Source: Chiloscyllium plagiosum
Lineage: Eukaryota
DNA: 64,000 nt
Assembly (NCBI RefSeq): GCF_004010195.1
Contig: NC_057718.1
Coordinates: forward strand, 89,755,497-89,819,496
Direction: 5' to 3'
This document shows positions 53,600-64,000 of this stretch, one piece after another (positions within the stretch are counted from its first letter, which is position 1; every line of letters begins with the position of its first letter). A program made the position numbers and the translations under genes. The notes beneath the pieces were generated by a model. It had not been told where the DNA came from, did not search any database, and worked only from the letters and a program-made list of their open reading frames with translations.

Positions 53600-54140
53600 A
53601 AAAATGTTAATGGTGCTCATCTCTGCAAGACTGGAATACAAAGGGGGAGTTATTAAGTTACAGAAAGTGGTCTGATCAGAGCGCATCTAAAATATTGCAA
53701 TGAGTTTTGGGCCCTCCAATAGAAACAGGAGATATTGGCCTTGCAAGTGGTGTAACAGATTAACCGGAATGATATTGGGCATAAAGGGCTAAATTCTGAG
53801 TTGCATGATGTTAACTCATACTCCCCTGAGTTTAGAGGGTTAACCTATTCAAAGTGTTTATCACAAGATTCTTGACAGGGTAGATGGAGAAAAACTATTA
53901 AAGATCAGCATGGGCATGGGTATCACTTTACGTTTTGAGCTGGGCCATTTAGGAGTGTCGTTTTGAAGCAGTTTTCCCACAAACTTGGATCCTTAGCCTT
54001 CAAAAGGCTGTAGCCGCTGAATGGGACTACTGGGATCTTTTTGATGGAAAAAAGGTAGGAAAGTGCAGTTTGAAGGTACAGATCAGTCACCAGCTGACTG
54101 AAGAACAGAGCAGACTCAAGGGGCTGAATGGCCTCCAGTC
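53600..54140 (+). mobile_element. Old CR1 3' fragment
   Basis: Degraded similarity to 240-720. Confidence 0.55.
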
Positions 54141-55139
54141 CTGTTCACAAGAACTAGACCAAGGCACTGCTCCAATGACAGTCTGATAACCATTCAAGAT
54201 ACTACAATGGCTATGCTCTACTTTTTTCAAAATATTGCCAGTTCACCTTTGCATGTTAGAGACTAACAAATATGATCGTACATTTGGTCATGCATCTCTC
54301 CAAAGTTATTGTGATGGTGCAGTGTAAAACAAACACATTGCAGTTTCAAATACACCATATATCAAAAGGTATTTCTTGGCCTTTACTGTTGGAGGTTGAA
54401 AATATGAGATCTGTCAATTTTCAGCCATAAAAATAACTGATTCTTAAATCTGAAACCAAATCAGTCTTTTATACACAGGTCATAGTGATCCTTCATCAGA
54501 GCATGCTTTTCTGTTGCCTATAATCTTGAATATCTTTCTCCAGCAACTAATTCCCTTTCAGGAAGGATTTCTGAATTCTGCTTCAACAGTTGCTTCCCCC
54601 ACATCTCCCTTAATTCTGCGGCCACTCTGCTTATATCCTACCTTCACCTGGTAGAGTGGGTCTCACTGTGGCCAGATAATAATAATCCTTCTGGTTAGGT
54701 AGTAAGAGACTAGCCAAACCAAGCAAACTACTTCTCATTCAGTTCCTCCCCCGTAGGGTCAGTTTCCACTCACTCCATATCAGAGGCCACTGAACAGATG
54801 GCAGCCTTGGCTTTTCAAGCTGCCATTTGATAAGACTGCAGAGAATGCTGACTTTGCTTCTGCCAATTCCTCCCTTCAGCCTGACTGTGCAGACCCAGGT
54901 ATCTACTCAATTTCCCATTGTACAAAAAGAACATAACTAGGAGCAGTAGGCAATTCAGCCCCTCACGCCTGCTCCGCCACTTAATATGATCATGGCTGAT
55001 CTCGTCTTGGCCTCAACTCCACTTTCCTGCCCACTCCCCATAATTTTTCAACCCATTGCTAATAACTAAATCTATCTCCACCATAAATTTACTCAACGTC
55101 CCAGCATTCACCACACTTTAGGATAGCAAATCCCACTGA

Positions 55140-55383
55140 TTCATGATCCTTTCAGAGAATTTGACCTCACCTCGGGTCTTTAATTCTGCTACCACTTATC
55201 CCAGAGGTTGCAATAGATTTGTGCTGGAATGGAACACTATTCACTTCTAGCCTCCTTAACGGCATGGGGGAGGCCAGAAATGATAGTGTCCCATTCCAGC
55301 ACAGATCTACTACAACTTCTGGGATAAGAGGTAGCAGATTTAAAAACCTGAGATGAGGTCAAATTCTCTGAAAGGATCATGAA
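55140..55383. repeat. Inverted repeat (about 115-bp arms, about 13-nt spacer)
   Basis: ttcatgatcctttcagagaatttgacctca...gcctcc and its reverse complement ggaggcc...tgaggtcaaattctctgaaaggatcatgaa. Confidence 0.9.
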
Positions 55384-56440
55384 AGTCGAGAGGCAAGAGC
55401 CACCTCTGCCATTCAGTTAACAATACTTCACTCAACACTACTATCAATGGGTGGTTAAGCCAGCAATGCCCAGATCCCAGGAGTAAATAATTCTATGGAC
55501 GAGGAATGGCCCATTTCTTTTCATATTCTTTGGAGGCAACATTCAATGTAGTGTTAAAACTCCCTCATACAAACTCAATTCACACATTTCCCAGTCCATT
55601 TTGCAAGCTATTGGCCTTATGTTGAAACACTAACAAATAGTTCTGGTCCTTATTGGGAAACACAAGCACTGCAATCGTTATTTCAAATATATTACACAAC
55701 TCCCCCAAAAGTACGACTCAAGCAGCCGTTAGTTCCAGCTGGTCAGTGGACTCCCAGCTACACAGAGATGACAGGAAAAAAAACATCAAGAGCTCCTCAT
55801 TGACGGTGAAAACAGTCTCAGTCTGCATTTAAACCTGCAGGGTTGCCTTGGTGGAAACCTTAAATGCAGAGCGAAAGAGAGAAACAGGAAAGGGGCTGGA
55901 GGAATAGCTCACCCTGGCCATGGCAGTATTGGCCACATTTTTATCTTTTTCTTACCTCTTCCATGGACCAGACATGATGGGATGAATGCCCCCTACTTCC
56001 CCTCCATTCTGTGCCATAAAATTACTGATTAACTACATTCTATAAACCTCACCATCCAACAGTTAAACAGGGTATGGTAAGCTGCTGCTCTAAGTTTTCA
56101 GTCAGCTGCCCTGACATTCCCTCTGTAGCTTGCTGTCCACTTCCATCCAATAACAGTTCTCTGAAATGTTTGTGGCAGCTCCGATGGAGGTAAGGTCTCA
56201 TTAAGATGGTGGCTCAAGAAAACACCCATCTTGGATGAAGATTATTGAACTGCTTTAAATCAGCAGAGCCAAAAAATGACGCCAACTTTCCCCTAAACAC
56301 ACAATTCACACAAGCACATGCGCCCAGCAAAGATTAGTAGACAATGATTGGGTGGTCTGCACTGGAGTTAAAAGCACATATCGAGTACATGCAAACTTAA
56401 CCCATGAGGGGGCTGCAGTGAAGAAACGTGCAAACGTTCG

Positions 56441-56670
56441 GGGCGGCATGGTGGCTCAGTAGTTAGCACGGCTGTCTCACAGCACCAGGGACCGGGGTTA
56501 GATTCCAGCCTCGGGCGACTGCCTGTGTGGAGTTTGCACATTCTCCCAGTGTCTACATGGGTTTCTTCCAGGTGCTCCAGTTTCCTCCCACATTCCAAAG
56601 ATGTGCAGGATAGGTGAATTGGCCGTGCTAAATTGCCCAGTGTTCAGGGATGAGTAGGTTAGGTGCATTT
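56441..56670 (+). mobile_element. HE1-type V-SINE (3' truncated by CR1)
   Basis: Head and V-domain. Confidence 0.8.
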
Positions 56671-56671
56671 G

Positions 56672-57777
56672 GAGTCAGAGATGTACAGTACGGACAGAGA
56701 CCCTTCGGTCCAACCCGTTCATGCCGAACAGATATCCCAATCCAATCTAGTCCCACCTGCCAGCACCCGGCCCATATCCCTCCAAACCCTTCCTATTCAT
56801 ATACCCATTCAAATGCCTCTTAAATGTTGCAATTGTACCAGCCTCCACCACATCCTCTGGCAGCTCATACCATACACCCTCTGTGAAAAAGTTGCCCCTC
56901 TTTTATATCTTTCCCCTTTCACCCTAAACCTATGCTCTCTAGTTCTGGACTCACCAACCCCAGGGAAAAGATTTTGTCTATTTATCCTATCCACGTCCCT
57001 CATAATTTTGTAAACCTCTATAAGGTCACCCCTCAGCCTCCGATGCTCCAGGGAAAACAGCCCCAGCCTGTTCAGCCTCTCCCTATAGCTCAAATCCTCC
57101 AACCCTGGTAACCTCCTTGTCAATCTTTTCTGAACCCTTTCAAGTTTCACAACATCTTTCCGATAGGAAGGAGACCAGAACTGCATGCAATATTCCAACA
57201 GTGGCCTAACTAATGACCTGTACAGCCACAACATGACCTCCCAACTCCTGTACTCAATACTCTGACCAAGGAAAGCATACCAAACGCCTTCTTCACGATC
57301 CTATCTACCTGCGACACCACTTTCAAGAAGCTATGAATCTGCACTCCAAGGTCTCTTTGTTCAGCAAAACTCCCTAGGACCTTACCATTAAGCGTATAAG
57401 TCCTGCCCAGATTTGCTTTCCCAAAATGCAGCACCTCGCATTTATCTGAATTAAACTCCATCTGTCACTTCTCAGCCCATTGGCCCATCTGATCAAGATC
57501 CTGTTGTAACCTGAGGTAATCTTTTTCGCTGTCCACTACCCTCCAATTTTGGTGTCATCTGCAAACTTACTAACTGTACCTCTTATGCTCGCATCCTCAT
57601 CATTTATGTAAATGTCAAAAAGTAGAGGGCCCAGCACTGACCCTTGTGGCACTCCACTGGTCACAGGCCTCCAGTCTGAAAAACAACCCTCCACCACCAC
57701 CCTCTGTCTTCTACCTTTGAGCCAGTTCTGTATCCAAATGGCTAGTTCTCCCTGTGTTCCATGAGATCTAACCTTGC
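56672..57777 (-). mobile_element. CR1 LINE 3' half (RT C-terminus)
   Basis: [14 protein letters not shown]...SKFADDTK and downstream CR1 peptides. Confidence 0.93.
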
Positions 57778-59705
57778 CAACTGCCAGGGATTCTAATCCA
57801 AAAACTACTACCCATGTGACCCACAGAAATAACAAACATGGGTCAATGATGAATAGAATGACAGCCTGCTATATTCTAAGCAGAACTTGGAAACAACTTG
57901 GTTATTTGCTGGTAATGCAGTACACAGAAGGCTGGATAAAGCAATGCTCTAGGAGACATTGGCTTGCATTCTTTAGCTGAGGAATATAAACATTCAACCA
58001 AGTTATGCTTCAAATGCACCTTGATAGGGATTTGCTTAGTCGGCCAACAATGTTATTTATTGGTGCAGAGTCCACGAGCAAAGCTTAATAACAAAAATTC
58101 ACACGGTGACTACTGACCATTATGGCAGCCAACATTGTGTCTGTTGGAAGCTCAAAACTTCAATGAATTCTTGAAAACGGAAAAATATATCAACCGTTCA
58201 CCTTGGGAAAAAGTACAGATGTCTTGAAAATAAAAGCACTATTTTAAGGGCACAAAGGCAAGTTAAAAACATTTAGAGTAAAAGTTCAATACACCAAGAT
58301 TGAGAAGATCTGTAGTTCAGGTTGAGTTCTGGATGTAAGTTTGCTCACTGAGATGGAAGGAGCATTTTCATGAAAACTAACCTTCCAGCTCAGCGAGCAA
58401 ACATATATCCAGAACCAACATTCATGTGTAACACTGTCAGTAAAGATAGATAATGCTCTTTCCAGCAAATGTGCCAATTTACATTAATCCTAGTGGAAGT
58501 TGAACAATAAAGCAGCCAGAATCCGTTCTACTACCCCGGATGGATAAGTCTACCTAAAGAGGAGGAAATGGTTTACAAAATTAATTGCATCCTTTAAGTT
58601 AAGACTGCTTCTCTAGGATTTTAAAAATCAACTGCAACTATGACTTTCTGAATTGTGAACTTAATGTCAAATTAGTTGAAACCTACAGATCTGATATATA
58701 TTCTTATTCATCTCTGTTGGTAAGTAGTAAGTAAAGAGGGTACACAACTTAATCTGCGACAAAGCTCATTGTTTTTACTGTTTCCAAACACCAGGCATGT
58801 TGGGATGAATGCCTCCATTCTAATGCTATAAAATTGCATGATCAAGTATATCCTGCAAGCCGTACCATCCAGAAACTAAACTCTATCTGATAAACTGCTG
58901 TTGTTTAACTACACTTTCATCAGCTGCTTTAATATTCCCTTTATTTTGTTTGTTGTGCAAACATGGAGTTGAGGGTCAGTTGGCTGGATGGCTGGTCAAC
59001 AGTGTGGGTTCACTCCAAAACCAGCTGAGGTCACCATAAAAGGTCCTGTCTTCGCGAACTCGCCCCTCACCTGAGGCATAGTGACTCACAAGTTAAAGTA
59101 CTGGCAGGCATCTGGTCCTCTGAGACTAAGGCAACTTTAAATGTGGAGCAAAAATACATTGAAGACCTGCAAGAAGTGTCCAGCGAGGGGTCACATTCTA
59201 CCCCAACACAGCTCTCAGCAACTGTCTTGTATTTGCAGGAATCAAATACCTAAAGTATTTTGAGATATGTTGTTGGAATAAGAAGACATGATGCAGTAAG
59301 GGATCTTTGGCAGAAGTAATGACAAAAATCCCAAAGCTCTCAATCACTACAGTTTTGCTGACCTTGTGCCTGAATTAGTTTTAAACTTAGTAATAATCAT
59401 AATTTCTTAACCAAGCAGTTATTGTTCTAATATGTAAACATCAGGCTGGGAGAAGGTAAACTAAATGGATATTGAATTTTTCAAATTTAGCAAATCCTAT
59501 CTAAAGGTAGAAATCACCTTCAATTTCCAAATTCAGCAAATGCAAATAGTTGCAAGAATGTTCGTTGATTCAGATGACTTGCACTAAATGCAACCACGTA
59601 CACAATCAGTAAGCACAGGGTAACAACAGCAGCATGGCAGTGTAAAGCTACATGTCGAGCTCCAATTCCTGAAGTAGCCCAACCCAGTCCACACAGGTCA
59701 CTCAC

Positions 59706-59795
59706 CTGAAATATCTTCTGCTTCTCAGGAACCTTATTCTCCACTCGCCGGCGGGCTGCAGTGCTGAAGGTTCGCTGTGAAAGCTGCTGGAAAGC
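59706..59795 (-). CDS. COX7A2: Cytochrome c oxidase subunit 7A, coding exon 2 (AFQQLSQRTFSTAARRRVENKVPEKQKIFQ)
   Basis: 90-nt phase 0/0 exon with acceptor TTTTCTCCCTCAG and donor CAG|GTGAGT. Mitochondrial presequence plus the NKVPEKQK-FQ motif of the COX7A family. COX7A1 versus COX7A2 not resolved. Confidence 0.9.
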
Positions 59796-60174
59796 CTGAG
59801 GGAGAAAACCGCAATTACATGGAAATGTAGTTTCCCAAATGGACAATATAGGCTAAGTGTGGATGCGTTACACATGGATAATTATTTGGAATGCACTTAT
59901 CACAGATGCAACCCTAGATGATCTTTTGATTGCACCAGCTGCTGCAAATGTGGGTAACAAGTCATAAAAATAGCAAGCGAGGTGAATGGCAAATTAATGT
60001 GGCTGCCTGAGTGATAGAGAGGCAAGGTTGCCAAATTCATCTGCAAAATTTGAATTATACAGCAGCGCGGAATGAGTAATTCAGTTTTGGCTCCAAGTCA
60101 CAACAGAATAGTGTATGTTGGACGTCAGGTAAGTGCTGAGATGGACCAGCTGTAATGGTCAAACAGATAAGAGT

Positions 60175-60890
60175 AGTGAGATTTGAGAAGATTTGTAGTC
60201 AAGTTGAGTTTCCTTGGGTTGGTGGAGTTGGAAGGTTCGTTTTCAGACATTTTATCACCATTCTAGGTAACATCATTGGTGAGCCTCTGGTGAAGCATTG
60301 GTGTTATGTCTCACTTTCTATTTATGTGCTTAGGTTGCCTTGGGATGGCTATGTCATGTCCTGTGTTGCTGATGTCATTTCCTGTTCTTTTTCGGAGGGT
60401 GGTAAATGGGCCCAAGTCGATGTGTTTGTTGATAGAGTTCCAGTTGGAATGCCATGCTTCTAGGAATTCTCGTGCATGTCTTGGTTTGTCCAATGTGGTG
60501 TTTGTTACAAACAGGCAGAAAACTAGCCACCAGGATACATGAACATCCACTAACCACAAAAAGACATGACCCACTATCACTAGTATCCTTACATACAGAT
60601 GAGGAAGGACACCACTTCGACTGGGACAACACATTCATCTTCGGACAAGCCAAACAGAGACACGCACGAGAATTCCTAGAAGTATGGCTTTCCAACCAGA
60701 ACTCTATCAACAAACACATTGACTTGGACTCCACTTACCACCCCCAGAAAAAAAACAGAAAATATCACCAACCCAAAGCGGGTCATAACACCAGCGCTTC
60801 ACTGGAGGCTCACTAATGACGTTACTTAGTATGGTGACGAAACACTTGAAAACAAACCTTCTCGCTCAGCGAGCAAACTTTCATCCAGAT
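60175..60890. mobile_element. Penelope-like element: GIY-YIG 3' end with inverted duplication
   Basis: Plus-strand QTGRKLATRIHEH...HAREFLEVWLS..NSINKHIDLD and a mirrored minus-strand HAREFLEAWHSNWNSINKHIDL; inverted pLTRs. Confidence 0.88.
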
Positions 60891-61483
60891 AGAGTAGAAA
60901 TTAAAAAGCTGCAGATGCAGGGATTCAAAACAAAGAGGCGCCAAGGTTGAAAACATTCAGTGGATGACAGAATACTGAGTGGGGAAATGAATGTGGCAAT
61001 ACTCTGGGACTGAGCTCTTCTTTGCAACATTGCTTGCTAGCTGACCAGCCAGGGCTAGCCATAGGCTCACACTCCCAGCTCACTCAACCCCATCAAGGGA
61101 GCAAATAAATGCTACTGAAATTCTCCATATTTCAGATTTTCAAAATGATGATTGGGATCCAAACACACGTCTAAATTACCTTTTCTCCAGACAATATCAA
61201 ATATAACATTTAAAGTATGGTTGCCGTGTAAATTAAAACCTTATAACCAATTATGTACTAAGATAAATAGTGCGGACAGCCATTCTGTCCACTCATCCCA
61301 TTCCATTATTAAATAAGATAATCCTGAAAAATCAACATATTCAATGATCCAATCTTCACTTCTCTGTGGAAGATAATTCCAAACATTAGCACCCTTAGAA
61401 GACATTTACCCACGTCTTCATTTTAAACAGGAGGGCCTTTATTTTGAAACTGTGCTTCCTGGCTCTAGAGGGGAAAGACACTA

Positions 61484-61882
61484 GTGAGGTTTGAGAAGCT
61501 TTGCAGCTCAGGTTGAGGTTCTGGATGTAGGTTTGCTCACTGAGCTGGAAGGTTCATTTCCAGACATTTCGTCACCCTACTAGGTAACATCTTCAGAGGG
61601 CTGCCGGGTGAAGCACACTGAGAATTCAGAGAAACATGGCATTCCAACTGGAACTCTCAACAAACGCATCGAGTTAGACCCCATTTATCACCCCGAGAAA
61701 AAGAACATGAAATGACACTGTCATGGGAAATGACATCACCAACCCAAAGAAACCCAAACATTTAAATAAAAAGCAGGAATCATGAGCAGTGCTTCGCCAA
61801 GAGGTCCACTGAAGATGTTACCTAGTAGGGTGACAAAACGTCTGGAAATGAACCTTCCAGCTCAGCAAGCAAACCTACATCC
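61484..61882. mobile_element. Penelope-derived element with inverted pLTRs (same family)
   Basis: gagctggaaggttcattt... and its reverse complement; hammerhead cores in both arms. A small relative lies at 58300-58415. Confidence 0.8.
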
Positions 61883-62717
61883 GGGAAAGACCCTCTTGGC
61901 ATTCACCCTGCCAAGTCCCTCAGAATTGTGTTTCAATAAGACATCCCATTCTTCTAAACTGCAATGAATACAGACCCAACTTGATTCCCATTCATCCCAG
62001 AAATGAATCTCCCCTGAGCTGCTTCCAGTGCAAGTATATTCCTCCTTAAGTAAGAAGAGTTGCACTATCTGGTGTCTTGATATGCAAAAGCACTTGCTTT
62101 AACAATAGATATATATACCAAGTATATAGATATAATGGTGTATATCTGTATGTTGAAATAACCACCTGGGCCTGCATATAATTTAAAAATCTGCAAGTGA
62201 ATCAAGGCATGAAACCAACACACAGAAAGAATAGACACTGCTGTAAGCAGGACATAAACAGACCCCTGAAATGGAGACCAATTGGACTGCATTCACAAGT
62301 AGAGGAAATTTAAAGCAGCGAAGTATAAAGTCAGAATGAATGAGACACAATACAAAGTAAATGCTGAAACTTAAATACAGGAACAAAAATCTGGGTGCTT
62401 TGGAAACAATCTTTGACCATGGCAGGGGCACACTGAATAGAGCACTGATTAACAGAGCAGAATGGAATTCTATTTGCTGCACAGGTAACATCTACAAAAG
62501 TGAAACCTTTATGCTAAACTTGTGCGAGTTAGACAGACCTCAACAGGAGCAGTGTACTCAAATTCTCACTGCCTGATCCCATCAGGGCCCTCACCCTCCA
62601 CACTCAGGCCTCTCAGTCACACCCACACAGCCTTGCACCCCTCAGGACCTTCACTTCCCACCCACCCCCCCAGGGCACACAGTGACCCACTCATTCAGTG
62701 CCATCAATGTGACCCTC

Positions 62718-64000
62718 ACTGTGTGATGGTCACTGTGCTGGGGTCTCTCCAAGGGGGACACTGCTCTGTGTGATGGTCACTGTGCTGGGGTCTCTCCAAG
62801 GGGGACACTGCTCTGTGTGATGGTCACTGTGCTGGGGTCTCTCCAAGGGGGACACTGCTCTGTGTGATGGTCACTGTGCTGGGGTCTCTCCAAGGGGGAC
62901 ACTGCTCTGTGTGATGGTCACTGTGCTGGGGTCTCTCCAAGGGGGACACTGCTCTGTGTGATGGTCACTGTGCTGGGGTCTCTCCAAGGGGGACACTGCT
63001 CTGTGTGATGGTCACTGTGCTGGGGTCTCTCCAAGGGGGACACTGCTCTGTGTGATGGTCACTGTGCTGGGGTCTCTCCAAGGGGGACACTGCTCTGTGT
63101 GATGGTCACTGTGCTGGGGTCTCTCCAAGGGGGACACTGCTCTGTGTGATGGTCACTGTGCTGGGGTCTCTCCAAGGGGGACACTGCTCTGTGTGATGGT
63201 CACTGTGCTGGGGTCTCTCCAAGGGGGACACTGCTCTGTGTGATGGTCACTGTGCTGGGGTCTCTCCAAGGGGGACACTGCTCTGTGTGATGGTCACTGT
63301 GCTGGGGTCTCTCCAAGGGGGACACTGCTCTGTGTGATGGTCACTGTGCTGGGGTCTCTCCAAGGGGGACACTGCTCTGTGTGATGGTCACTGTGCTGGG
63401 GTCTCTCCAAGGGGGACACTGCTCTGTGTGATGGTCACTGTGCTGGGGTCTCTCCAAGGGGGACACTGCTCTGTGTGATGGTCACTGTGCTGGGGTCTCT
63501 CCAAGGGGGACACTGCTCTGTGTGATGGTCACTGTGCTGGGGTCACTCCAAGGGGAACACTGCACTGTGTGATGGTCACTGTGCTGGGGTCTCTCCAAGG
63601 GGGACACTGCACTGTGTGATGGTCACTGTGCTGGGGTCTCTCCAAAGGGGACACTGCACTGTGTGATGGTCACTGTGCTGGAGTCTCTCCAAGGGGGAAC
63701 ACTGCCCTGTGTGATGGTCACTGTGCTGGGGTCTCTCCAATGGGGAACACTGCACTGTGTGATGGTCACTGTGCTGGGGTCTCTCCAAGGGGGACACTGC
63801 ACAGTGTGATGGTCACTGTGCTGGAGTCTCTCCAAGGGGGAACACTGCACTGTGTGATGGTCACTGTGCTGGAGTATCTCCAAGGGGGACACTGCACTGT
63901 GTGATGGTCACTGTGCTGGGGTCACTCCAAGGGGGAACACTGCACTGTGTGATGGTCACTGTGCTGGGGTCACTCCAAGGGGGAACACTGCACTGTGTGA
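62718..64000. repeat. 47-bp minisatellite running off the window end
   Basis: Unit GTGTGATGGTCACTGTGCTGGGGTCTCTCCAAGGGGGACACTGCTCT, about 27 copies; the first ~17 appear identical. Confidence 0.97.

Noticed and set aside
59520..59846. 108-aa ORF as a single gene
   Set aside because: Only 59706-59795 is exon; the flanks are intron.
62160..62178. ATG CAG GCC CAG|gtggtt as COX7A exon 1 (MQA-like)
   Set aside because: Weak donor, AT-rich context and no promoter features; likely chance.

Overview
Vertebrate genomic DNA, very probably a cartilaginous fish (shark). It is dominated by shark-type repeats: HE1/V-SINEs, Deu-domain SINEs, CR1 LINEs, Penelope-like elements, Tx1, RTE and solo LTRs, and it has two N-gaps. 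Two host genes are visible, both on the minus strand and both mostly missed by the ORF track. (1) Three coding exons (90, 85 and 56 nt) of a cytochrome c oxidase subunit 7A gene (COX7A1/COX7A2 type) lie at 50267-59795; exon 1 probably lies beyond the right edge. (2) About 28.6 kb downstream is the first coding exon of a nesprin-1 (SYNE1)-like gene (MATGRQYGRSPLDIANVMQKLQ, 67 nt, 21448-21514); I found no further exons of it in the window. Highlights: the COX7A-nesprin adjacency, which may mark the paralogue locus matching the human SYNE4/COX7A1 region but with a giant-nesprin-type N-terminus; a decayed viral-glycoprotein-like segment with 105-bp terminal redundancy; hammerhead ribozyme cores in three Penelope-related families; a 30-nt inverted templated insertion; a fold-back hairpin in the COX7A intron; and two satellites, one with higher-order structure. 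Protein and repeat-family names come from recognition, not database searches. Repeat boundaries are approximate.
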